DNA of 24,975 bases from Faecalimonas sp. LCP19S3_D12. GTDB lineage: Bacteria; Bacillota; Clostridia; Lachnospirales; Lachnospiraceae. How positions within the stretch are numbered: position 1 is the first letter of the stretch; every line of letters starts with the position of its first letter. The notes under the pieces were generated by a model. It ran no database searches. It saw only the letters and a program-made list of their open reading frames with translations, and had not been told where the DNA came from. The translations under genes were made by a program, and so were the position numbers. The stretch is from assembly GCA_052121495.1 (NCBI GenBank), contig JBQKED010000046.1, one strand, 5' to 3'. Below, one piece after another: positions 18,001 to 24,975 of this stretch.

Positions 18001-18109
18001 GGACAATGAGAGGATTTATCAATAAGAAAAGGTTAATTTGTAACTAAAGTGATGTGATTTCTTGGGGATAAGATAAGATTGTAATTTAGTGAGAGTTTAT
18101 CTTTAGTAT

Positions 18110-18124
18110 TTGCGAAATTCGCAA
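18110..18124. promoter_or_regulatory. 15-bp palindrome TTGCGAA-A-TTCGCAA with an extra TTGCGA half-site 5 bp downstream. Candidate operator for the cargo operon
   Basis: Perfect 7-bp arms. Located about 40 bp upstream of the predicted -35 of the cargo-operon promoter. Confidence 0.4.
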
Positions 18125-18162
18125 TTTCTTGCGAGTTTTGCTTTATATAATGGGGAAAAATC

Positions 18163-18191
18163 TTGCTGAAATTGTCAAAAAAATGTATAAT
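18163..18191 (+). promoter_or_regulatory. Promoter TTGCTG-17-TATAAT for the cargo operon
   Basis: TTGCTG at 18163-18168, a 17-nt spacer, TATAAT at 18186-18191, and RBS GGAGG before the ATG at 18221. Confidence 0.55.
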
Positions 18192-18220
18192 AAATTATAT
18201 TATCGAATTGGAGGCGCAGT

Positions 18221-18439
18221 ATGAGGATAAATTATAAAAAGTTGTGGATATTACTCGCTGAACGTGAAATAGCTCCTGCTACGCTAAGGAAAGATTTAAA
18301 TATTGCAACAGGAACAATGACAAAGTTGCGACGCAATGAAGAAGTTGCAATTTCAATACTTCTACGTATATGTGAATATTTAGATTGTAATATTGGCGAT
18401 ATATGTGATGCGATGAAAAATAATGTGGAATCAATATAA
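18221..18439 (+). CDS. Small XRE/Cro-type HTH transcriptional regulator, first gene of the cargo operon
   Basis: 72 aa, LLAEREIAPATLRKDLNIATGTMTKLRRNEEV forms an HTH. Confidence 0.65.
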   Translation: MRINYKKLWILLAEREIAPATLRKDLNIATGTMTKLRRNEEVAISILLRICEYLDCNIGDICDAMKNNVESI

Positions 18440-18468
18440 AGATTATATTTAATTGGAGGGGCAGACAA

Positions 18469-19731
18469 ATGGTAGGTTTACAAATAGGAAATGATGAAGA
18501 AATTCTCATAGAATCATCGGGAGTTTGGTGGATTTCTAAACTAAGAAATCTAAATCAACATTTTAATGTGCTTGTGCTTACTAATAAAAGAATATATGGA
18601 GTTTATCAAAAAAGTAATGGGCTTTTTAAAAAAGCTAGCGAAGAATTAGAGGAATTAGATTTGGCCGATATAAAAATAAGCAATAATCAGCCAATGGTAT
18701 TAAAAAAATGGGATTTTAATAGTTTTAGTTGCTCTCTTGAAATACAGACAATTCAGGGATTACATACATTTATGTTTCAAGAATCAGCTAAAAAGAATGC
18801 AGCATTATGGGAGAAAGAGATTTTCAGAGTTTTTGGTTTGGAAAGGGAGGACGATTGCGAATCTAATGTAACGGCAAGTAGTTTTTCAGGAATTGCAGCA
18901 AGTTTAAAAGGTGCTGCGGGAGCAGTTTTGAATAGAGCGACTAATCAAGGTAAGCTGAATAATGTCAAATCGGCATCAGGTGATGAAGAAAATGAAAATC
19001 CTATAGAAGAATTTTCAGAAATTCCGCCTATTCCGAATGTTCAACCATCGAAAGGATCATATTGTTCGAATTGTGGGACAAAACTTAATGTAGGAGCCAA
19101 ATTCTGCCATAGCTGTGGTGCAACAGTTACTGGAGGTATTTCGCCAACACCACCGACTCCACCTAAGCATAGTAGCACAGGAAATTACTCTTCTCGTGTT
19201 CATGAATTTGCAGGTACGGTCTTAAAATGCCCAAATTGTGGTAATGTGATTAGTGCTATTGATGCTGTTTGTCCAGCTTGTGGGATGCATATTACAGGGA
19301 AATCTGCGAGTGGAACTGTTCAAAAGTTCTCTGATGCGTTGATGGAAATAGAGAAAGTTAAAGTGGTAGAGAATAAAGGAGGGCTTTTTGCACAAGTAGG
19401 ATATGAAGAACGAGTTAGAAATGCGTATGCTACATATTACAGTCAAAAACTTACGTTGATTCGTACATTTCCGATTCCTAATACAGTAGATGAAATTTAT
19501 GAGCTAATGTTATTGGCAACAACTAATATTGATGTGAAATTATCAAAGAATACGTTATGGAGCAAAATTGATAATTCGGGTAGCTCTGGAAAAGAAGTTT
19601 CAGATGCTTGGATACAAAAAATGCGTCAGGCATATCAAAAAGCTGTTATTTCATTTCCGAATGATCCAGTTTTTACTCACATACAAAAAATATATTATGA
19701 TAAAATGAATGAATTGAGAATAGAACCTTAA
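18469..19731 (+). CDS. Protein with an N-terminal bacterial PH/GRAM-like domain, a central double zinc ribbon and an uncharacterised C-terminal domain. Tentatively YdjG-like
   Basis: ...NVLVLTNKRIYGVY... is the bPH signature. CSNCGTKLNVGAKFCHSCG and CPNCGNVISAIDAVCPACG are two CxxC-n-CxxC ribbons. A PTPPTPP linker joins them. RBS GGAGGGG. Confidence 0.55.
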   Translation: MVGLQIGNDEEILIESSGVWWISKLRNLNQHFNVLVLTNKRIYGVYQKSNGLFKKASEELEELDLADIKISNNQPMVLKKWDFNSFSCSLEIQTIQGLHTFMFQESAKKNAALWEKEIFRVFGLEREDDCESNVTASSFSGIAASLKGAAGAVLNRATNQGKLNNVKSASGDEENENPIEEFSEIPPIPNVQPSKGSYCSNCGTKLNVGAKFCHSCGATVTGGISPTPPTPPKHSSTGNYSSRVHEFAGTVLKCPNCGNVISAIDAVCPACGMHITGKSASGTVQKFSDALMEIEKVKVVENKGGLFAQVGYEERVRNAYATYYSQKLTLIRTFPIPNTVDEIYELMLLATTNIDVKLSKNTLWSKIDNSGSSGKEVSDAWIQKMRQAYQKAVISFPNDPVFTHIQKIYYDKMNELRIEP

Positions 19732-19766
19732 AAATAGATGTTTTCAGCGGGAAAGGGAGAGAGATT

Positions 19767-21089
19767 ATGGCATTGTTTGGAAGGCCTAGAGCAGGCGGAT
19801 TTATGGATGAAATAAGATGTGATGAACCTTCGTATTTGATTTGGAAATGGCATCCACAAGGCTCTCGAGTTGGATATAATAATAGAGAAAATGCGATTCG
19901 TTGGGGATCTTCGTTAAGAGTTAAAGACGGAGAGGTTGCAGTTTTTGTTTACAAACAGAGAAATGGTATAATGCAGGATTTTATAGAGGGACCGTTTGAC
20001 CAACCTATAAAAACTGCGAATTTTCCCGTACTTGCAAGTATTATGGGATTAGCTTATGAAGGTGGCACGCCATTTCAGGCAGAGGTTTACTTTATTAACC
20101 TTTCTCGGATTATACAGGTTAAGTTTGGTGTTCCGTTTTTTGACATTTATGATCCGAGATTTATGGATTTTGGTGTTCCGGTAGCAGTACGCGGGACTAT
20201 AAGTTTTAGTATTGCTGATTATCGAGAGTTCATCAAATTACATAGATTGAATAGTTTTAGTTTGGATGATTTTCAAAGACAAATTAGAGATGCTGTTAGT
20301 AGATATGTGAAAGATGTTGTCGCAAATGCTCCTGCACAGAACAATATTCCGCTTATCCAAATTGAGACAAAGACTGCACAAATTAATGATGTAATTGAAA
20401 TGGATATTAGAGAAAGGTTGAAGGATAGTTTTGGTGTCAATGTTTCAGGTGTTGATATTGGAGCAATAGAACTTGATAAAACAAGTAAAGGTTATAGACA
20501 ATTGATGGCTGTAACTAAGGATATGGCAACGATTAGGACACAGGCTGAGATGGAAGATTATGTTGAAAGATTACGTATTCAACGAGAAGAAGGACAGTAT
20601 GCACAACATAAAGCTACACAAACTGTTAATATTGGTGCTTTCCAAGTTGAAAAACAGGCAGAGGTTGGTGTTGCTGGTGCAGAAGCCCTTGGACAGATGG
20701 GGGCAAATGGTGCGGGAAATATTAATTTAGGTGGAAGCAGTAGTGGAGATGGATTCAATATGGCCGCAATGATGGCAAGTATGGCAGTAGGTGGAGCCGT
20801 TGGGCAGAATATTGCGGGTTCTATGAATAATATAATGTCAGGGATAAACCAGCCAATTCAAAGCGGAATGACACCACCGCCAGTACCTAATGTAATGTAT
20901 CATGTTGCGACAAATGGACAAGCAACAGGTCCATTTGATCTTAATACTTTAAAACAGATGGCGATTGCCGGGCAGTTTACAGCAGATAACTTAGTGTGGA
21001 AAGTAGGTATGGCTGAATGGGAGAAAGCAGGAACGATTGATGAATTGAAGTCGATGTTTGTGGTTATTCCACCGATACCGCCAATGTAA
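19767..21089 (+). CDS. SPFH/Band-7 superfamily protein of the YdjI/COG4260 (virion-core-like) type, with a Gly/Ala/Met-rich disordered linker and a C-terminal DUF4339 (GYF-like) domain
   Basis: The N-terminus MALFGRPRAGGFMDEIRCDEPSYLIWKWHP... follows the COG4260 pattern. The C-terminus YHVATNGQATGPFDLNTLKQMAIAGQFTADNLVWKVGMAEWEKAGTIDEL matches DUF4339. RBS GGGAGAGAG. Confidence 0.55.
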   Translation: MALFGRPRAGGFMDEIRCDEPSYLIWKWHPQGSRVGYNNRENAIRWGSSLRVKDGEVAVFVYKQRNGIMQDFIEGPFDQPIKTANFPVLASIMGLAYEGGTPFQAEVYFINLSRIIQVKFGVPFFDIYDPRFMDFGVPVAVRGTISFSIADYREFIKLHRLNSFSLDDFQRQIRDAVSRYVKDVVANAPAQNNIPLIQIETKTAQINDVIEMDIRERLKDSFGVNVSGVDIGAIELDKTSKGYRQLMAVTKDMATIRTQAEMEDYVERLRIQREEGQYAQHKATQTVNIGAFQVEKQAEVGVAGAEALGQMGANGAGNINLGGSSSGDGFNMAAMMASMAVGGAVGQNIAGSMNNIMSGINQPIQSGMTPPPVPNVMYHVATNGQATGPFDLNTLKQMAIAGQFTADNLVWKVGMAEWEKAGTIDELKSMFVVIPPIPPM

Positions 21090-21114
21090 GATAAGTATGT
21101 GCAGGAGGAGAAGT

Positions 21115-21897
21115 ATGGAATTTAATTTTTTGCTAGAAAACACAATAGATAAGATACAGAATTTACAGGAGTATTACGAAAAACAAATTTCGAATATAGA
21201 AACACGATTAAAAGCTGAAAAGGAAAAATATAAATACGGTGTTTTACTTGACAAATATTTTTTTAGTAAAAGTATGGATATAGAAGATGAATTGACAGAA
21301 GAAGAAATATCAGAGGTAAATAAAATCGTTGAAACTTGTGATGTGGGAAAAAGAGAAGACGGAGTGGTAGTTCGCTATAAATTAAAAAATATATCGGATT
21401 TAGATAAAAAATATGAGTTGGATCCACGTATAGCAACTCGTGAGTATTTTAAATTATTTGAACAGCCGAGAATTCATAGTGAGTCCACATTGATGATGTT
21501 ATTAATTCGTTATGAAGAAGCTATATCAGGTATCTTTAAATATATTTTAATGAAATATCCAGAAGCTTATTTAAAGGAAAAAACTATTACATATTCAGAA
21601 TTAATGTCTATTGATACAGATATCGCGGAAGTAAAAAAACATTTTATTGAAAAAGAAGCGGAAGATTTTATGAGACTGCCTATTGGAGAGTGGTATAATA
21701 CTTTTGTGCAAAAGCATAAAGTAAAGTTTGATTTTGGAGATGATGAATTTGAAAAATTTAAAGAAGTATATTATCGAAGAAATTTGATAGTGCATAATCA
21801 GGGAAAAGTTAATGAAATTTATTTGAAAAGTATTGATCCGTGTTTAAGTGGTAGTGCACAAAAAGGACAGATACTGGATGTTGATAGAGAATATTAA
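21115..21897 (+). CDS. Hypothetical protein with an HEPN-like Rx4H motif (YYRRNLIVHNQG) near its C-terminus. It may be the N-terminal part of a longer gene split by an in-frame TAA
   Basis: RBS GGAGGAG before the ATG at 21115. The reading frame stays open through the TAA at 21895-21897 for another 570 nt. Confidence 0.5.
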   Translation: MEFNFLLENTIDKIQNLQEYYEKQISNIETRLKAEKEKYKYGVLLDKYFFSKSMDIEDELTEEEISEVNKIVETCDVGKREDGVVVRYKLKNISDLDKKYELDPRIATREYFKLFEQPRIHSESTLMMLLIRYEEAISGIFKYILMKYPEAYLKEKTITYSELMSIDTDIAEVKKHFIEKEAEDFMRLPIGEWYNTFVQKHKVKFDFGDDEFEKFKEVYYRRNLIVHNQGKVNEIYLKSIDPCLSGSAQKGQILDVDREY

Positions 21898-21948
21898 AAA
21901 AATGCATTTGAACATACTCAAATAATTCTGTATGGGACATTTTGGGCC

Positions 21949-22467
21949 TTGAGAAAATTATCGAAAGAGAAGGAAAAACTTGAGAATCGTATATTTGAAA
22001 AAGGGTTCATTCATATGTTAAATGCAGAGTGGAGATTAAGTGAATACATATACAATCTTATGATGAAGGAAAAAGAGCAAAGTGACGCAGATAAATTATG
22101 TAATAAGGTAAACTATTGGATATCTGTAAAAAATCAAGGACGTTTGCCGAGTATTGAAGAAGAAATTCAAAAGCTAGATGTTTCCGCTACAGCGGGGCAG
22201 TTTAAGGTCGCAAAGTATGCATTATTAGATGATTTTGAAAAAGTATCGGAATTATTAGAAGATATTATTGGAACTGAAATACCAGCATGTTATGTGGAAC
22301 AATGGCCATTGTTCATTCAATATCGTCAAAGCGATGAGTATAAGAAATTTAGGAATAAACATATGGAAGAATTCGAAAAGTTGGGATATCAACCAGAATA
22401 TATGGAAATGGATTCTCATGAAGATGTTACGGATGAATTTGGTGATGACATGGAGACTATTTGTTAA
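21949..22467 (+). CDS. Hypothetical protein in the same frame as the upstream ORF. Either its C-terminal continuation (pseudogene or read-through) or a separate ~151-aa gene starting at the ATG at 22014
   Basis: There is no stop between 21898 and 22467 in this frame. The track start is a TTG with no RBS. The ATG at 22014 has a weak AAAGGG 9 nt upstream. Confidence 0.4.
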   Translation: MRKLSKEKEKLENRIFEKGFIHMLNAEWRLSEYIYNLMMKEKEQSDADKLCNKVNYWISVKNQGRLPSIEEEIQKLDVSATAGQFKVAKYALLDDFEKVSELLEDIIGTEIPACYVEQWPLFIQYRQSDEYKKFRNKHMEEFEKLGYQPEYMEMDSHEDVTDEFGDDMETIC

Positions 22468-22563
22468 TTAAATACATATACTATCTTATTGTTGTCTGTT
22501 GAAAGCGATTTTCTTGGGAGAAGGAAATCCTAAAGGTAAAATATATTTGAAGGGAAGAGATGA

Positions 22564-23550
22564 ATGGAGAATAAAATTACCGCATTAGACAATTTAATAA
22601 AGATTATAGAAAATTCAAGAAATACTGCATTAAAAAAGGTAAATGAAGAGCTTATTAAAATGTATTGGAATGTAGGTGAATATTTAAACAGAGAATCTAG
22701 GAATGTAGCTTTTGGAGATGCATATATTGATTCGGCTGTTAATGAAATTCAAAATGCTTTTCCAGGAATTAAAGGCTTTAACCGACGTGGGCTTTATAGA
22801 ATGAAGCAGTTTTATGAAACTTATTGTGAAGATGAATTTGTGTCAGCACTGCTGACACAAATTAGTTGGACGAATCATTTGACAATTATGTCAAAAGCAA
22901 AAACTGTAGAAGAAAGACATTTTTATATTACACTTTGTATCAAAGAGTCGTATTCTTCGAGGGAATTAGAACGCCAGATTAATAGCGGCTATTATGAACG
23001 GTATATGCTTTCACAAGAAAAACTCTTACCAGAACCGATAAAAGGATTGAAAGATAATCCATTTTTAGATTCGTACATCATAGAATTCCTCGACTTGCCA
23101 AAGAATTTTAAAGAGTCGGATTTGAGAAAAGGTCTGATTCAGAATATGAAAGAATTCATTCTGGAAGTAGGTAAGGATTTTACATTTATTGATGAAGAAT
23201 ATAGAGTGCAAGTAGGAGGAGAAGATTTTCGGATTGATTTACTGTTTTTCCACAGAGGTCTGCAATGTTTGGTGGCTTTTGAATTGAAGATTGGAAAATT
23301 CAAACCGGAATATATTTCTAAAATGGATTTCTATTTGGAAGCATTAGATCGTCAAAAGAAAAAAGAGAATGAAAATCCGAGCGTGGGAATGATTCTGTGT
23401 GCATCTAAGGATGATGAAGTTGTAGAATATGCCATGAGCAGAACCATGTCTCCGATGATGGTTGCTGAATACAAGTTGCAATTACCGGATAAAACTGTAT
23501 TACAGAAAAAATTGCAGGAATTAATCAATATGCCTTTGTTGGAGGAATAA
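22564..23550 (+). CDS. YhcG/DUF1016-family protein: an N-terminal DUF1016 domain plus a C-terminal PD-(D/E)xK nuclease domain
   Basis: ...FRIDLLFFHRGLQCLVAFELKIGKFKPEYISKMDFYLEALD...NPSVGMILCASKDDEVVEYA is the characteristic YhcG D...ELK core. Confidence 0.75.
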   Translation: MENKITALDNLIKIIENSRNTALKKVNEELIKMYWNVGEYLNRESRNVAFGDAYIDSAVNEIQNAFPGIKGFNRRGLYRMKQFYETYCEDEFVSALLTQISWTNHLTIMSKAKTVEERHFYITLCIKESYSSRELERQINSGYYERYMLSQEKLLPEPIKGLKDNPFLDSYIIEFLDLPKNFKESDLRKGLIQNMKEFILEVGKDFTFIDEEYRVQVGGEDFRIDLLFFHRGLQCLVAFELKIGKFKPEYISKMDFYLEALDRQKKKENENPSVGMILCASKDDEVVEYAMSRTMSPMMVAEYKLQLPDKTVLQKKLQELINMPLLEE

Positions 23551-23571
23551 ATATAATTCTGTCTATAAGGT

Positions 23572-23629
23572 GTGGTGAGGAGTAATGAGAAGTAATGAGA
23601 AGGCCTGCGTTTGTAACGTGTTTGCAACA
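23572..23629. repeat. Copy B of the att-like block, the right boundary of the element. It contains a 10-bp tandem duplication AGTAATGAGA x2
   Basis: GTGGTGAGGAGTAATGAGAAG(TAATGAGAAG)GCCTGCGTTTGTAACGTGTTTGCAACA. It is nearly identical to copy C apart from the duplication and one mismatch. Confidence 0.55.
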
Positions 23630-23763
23630 CCACATTTCAAGAACCCAGTAAAATCAAGCATTCCCAGTTACCAAAACGTTAATTATACGTTTTTGGAACG
23701 TACAATTTCAAAAAGAATTTTCGACTCCTCAGGACTTTGGTTCTGGGGAGTTTTTTGTTCTAA

Positions 23764-24234
23764 ATGACATTAGGGGAGTTTGGAACACTGTTCGATTGTG
23801 CTTCGACAAACGTTAAACTGTATGTTTCCAAAATCATGAAATTGCCTACAAATCTAGATTCAGATGGTTTTATAACAAAATTTTTTATTTTTACTATAAA
23901 AGATTTGAGAAATGCGGTTGCACATAATAATGTGATTTTTGATACGAGATTTAAGACGGGGAAAATAGATAAAAGATTAGTTAATTTACTTGAAAAAGAA
24001 GTGGGAGTTTCTAATCTGAATTTCAATTATATGGATGCGTATGTAATTATGATTACATATTTTTTGAGGAAAATGGGAGAAACAAAAACTTCATGCAAAC
24101 AGTTTGTTGCTGCATATCAACAACAAACTGAATATCTGAGAAATGAATTGCCTATTGGTGTGTGCAATCAAATACTGGGAACTCAACACAGAAGTAATAT
24201 AAATACTCTTCAAAAATTTATCAGTAAATCGTAG
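23764..24234 (+). pseudogene. 5'-truncated Abi_2 (AbiD/AbiF-type, HEPN) abortive-infection gene remnant
   Basis: MTLGEFGTLFD... corresponds to the mid-protein SFGTLSKxY motif. DLRNAVAHNNVIFDTR matches the R[ND]xxxH HEPN motif. The N-terminal ~130 aa expected for this family are absent, and no RBS is present. Confidence 0.55.
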
Positions 24235-24310
24235 AAAGACTTGCATATTTGGAAGAGAAGATGTATCTTATATATAAGAATTGCGGTGGATGTCTTCGGA
24301 CTACACCTAA

Positions 24311-24346
24311 GGGAACCTGATGCGTCGGGTTCCTTTTGCATTTATT
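24311..24346 (+). terminator. Hairpin GGAACC-n10-GGTTCC followed by a T-rich tract
   Basis: The stem sits at 24312-24317 and 24328-24333, followed by TTTTGCATTTATTT. Confidence 0.4.
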
Positions 24347-24351
24347 TGGGG

Positions 24352-24399
24352 GTGGTGAGGAGTAATGAGAAGTCCTGCGTTTGTAACGTGTTTGCAACA
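24352..24399. repeat. Copy C of the att-like block, an orphan or outer boundary at the chromosome junction
   Basis: GTGGTGAGGAGTAATGAGAAGTCCTGCGTTTGTAACGTGTTTGCAACA. Confidence 0.55.
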
Positions 24400-24402
24400 G
24401 AA

Positions 24403-24432
24403 AAAGAAACAATTGTGTTTGGCAATTGTTCC
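24403..24432 (-). terminator. Rho-independent terminator of the Rrf2 gene, on the minus strand
   Basis: Read on the minus strand: AACAATTG-ccaaaca-CAATTGTT followed by TCTTTTTCT. Confidence 0.6.
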
Positions 24433-24449
24433 TTTAAAGTTACAATATT

Positions 24450-24857
24450 CTAAACAGTTCCATTGACCAGATCGGCAATTGTTATATGAAAGAAATAATC
24501 ATGTACAAGATTGTCGAATTTTTTCCACATAGGCAACGTTTTGCAGTAGGAACTTCTGGAACAAGTCTTCGTATCGGGAGCCAGGCAGGCTACCGGTGTA
24601 AGGCTGCCTTCCATCAATTCTAAAATTTCTCCTACATTATATTCTTCAGGGCTGGCAGTTAGTCGGTAACCACCGCCTTTTCCGCTGATTCCGGTTAACA
24701 ATCCTTTCCCGACAAGTATTTTTACAATCTGCTGAAGATATTTTTCTGATATTCCCTGCCTTTTTGCAATTTCTTTCAAAGGAACATATGTGGTTGAATC
24801 TTGTTCAGCCAAATCAATCAGTACGCGTAGGGCGTAGCGCCCTTTGGTTGAGATCAT
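24450..24857 (-). CDS. Rrf2-family transcriptional regulator (IscR/CymR-like) with three clustered Cys
   Basis: MISTKGRYALRVLIDLA...VPLKEIAKRQGISEKYLQQIV. A C-x6-C-x5-C cluster (CLAPDTKTCSRSSYC). RBS GAGGAGG before the ATG at 24857. The track's upstream extension to 24908 was rejected. Confidence 0.85.
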   Translation of the reverse strand: MISTKGRYALRVLIDLAEQDSTTYVPLKEIAKRQGISEKYLQQIVKILVGKGLLTGISGKGGGYRLTASPEEYNVGEILELMEGSLTPVACLAPDTKTCSRSSYCKTLPMWKKFDNLVHDYFFHITIADLVNGTV

Positions 24858-24975
24858 AAAGAAACCTCCTCGTATTATAAAGTAGTAGTGTTTATAGACC
24901 CTCTCCAAGGTCTATATGCTATACTGTTGGAGATACTGTGGATTGTTTAAAACCTCCTACCATTCGATGGTTTAC

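Larger units (their letters stand above)
11505..23629. mobile_element. Integrative mobilizable element (~12.1 kb, prophage/PICI-like lysogeny module plus MobA/MobL relaxase) inserted downstream of rpsI
   Basis: The order int-repressor-cro-xis-primase-ori-oriT-relaxase-cargo is bracketed by repeat blocks A and B. GC content is lower than the flanking core genes. Confidence 0.65.

Noticed and set aside
2268-21897. Could the in-frame TGA, TAA and TAG codons reflect an alternative genetic code (for example TGA read as Gly or Trp) or selenocysteine?
   Set aside because: The stops are of three different types, and each occurs only once in an otherwise ordinary gene. The tyrS T-box, ribosomal proteins, RBS and promoter patterns are standard Firmicutes code 11. 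TGA is also used as the true stop of the histidine kinase. Response regulators are not selenoproteins, and no SECIS-like hairpin follows 2268. Gene decay or sequence error is more parsimonious.
1-24975. CRISPR arrays, tRNA or rRNA genes
   Set aside because: No regularly spaced repeat-spacer arrays were seen, and no tRNA cloverleaf-like or rRNA-like sequences. The only repeats are the att-like blocks, the operator direct repeats and the iteron-like inverted repeat.

Overview
This window reads as a low-GC Firmicutes (Clostridia-like) chromosome segment whose last ~13 kb is an integrated mobile element.

Left part, core and accessory chromosome:
- The 5' part of an IS3-family (IS150-like) transposase orfA, cut by the window edge.
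- A two-component system on the minus strand: an intact sensor histidine kinase and an OmpR-type response regulator whose receiver domain is interrupted by an in-frame TGA.
- A divergently transcribed, translationally coupled pair: a GT2 polyprenyl-phosphate glycosyltransferase (CsbB/GtrB-like) and a YfhO-family membrane protein.
- A consensus promoter, T-box leader and terminator ahead of tyrosyl-tRNA synthetase (HIGH and KMSKS motifs present).
- A flavin-reductase-domain protein, an orphan hypothetical, and a convergent GH13 alpha-amylase-family gene sharing a bidirectional terminator.
- A perfect sigma-A promoter driving rplM-rpsI.

Right part, mobile element: immediately after the rpsI terminator lies a ~12 kb prophage-like integrative mobilizable element.
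- It carries a tyrosine integrase, a cI/Stl-like XRE repressor, a divergent consensus promoter flanked by direct-repeat operators, a Cro-like regulator and an Xis-like HTH protein.
- Replication functions: a CHC2 zinc-finger protein, a P4/VirE-type primase-NTPase, and an iteron-like inverted-repeat region that could be the origin.
- Transfer functions: a hairpin-rich candidate oriT and a frameshifted MobA/MobL relaxase.
- Cargo: a six-gene co-directional operon of an XRE regulator, a bacterial-PH plus double zinc-ribbon protein, an SPFH (YdjI/COG4260-like) protein with a C-terminal DUF4339, an HEPN-like (Rx4H) protein split by one in-frame TAA, and a YhcG/DUF1016 PD-(D/E)xK nuclease.

Boundaries and right edge:
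- The element is bracketed by copies of a ~50-58 bp block that ends in 11-bp-phased TTTG(C/T)AAC repeats.
- A third copy sits 0.8 kb further right, after a 5'-truncated Abi_2 (HEPN) gene remnant. This suggests tandem accretion at one integration hotspot.
- The window ends in an Rrf2-family regulator.

The cargo operon is the most likely candidate for an undescribed defence or stress module.
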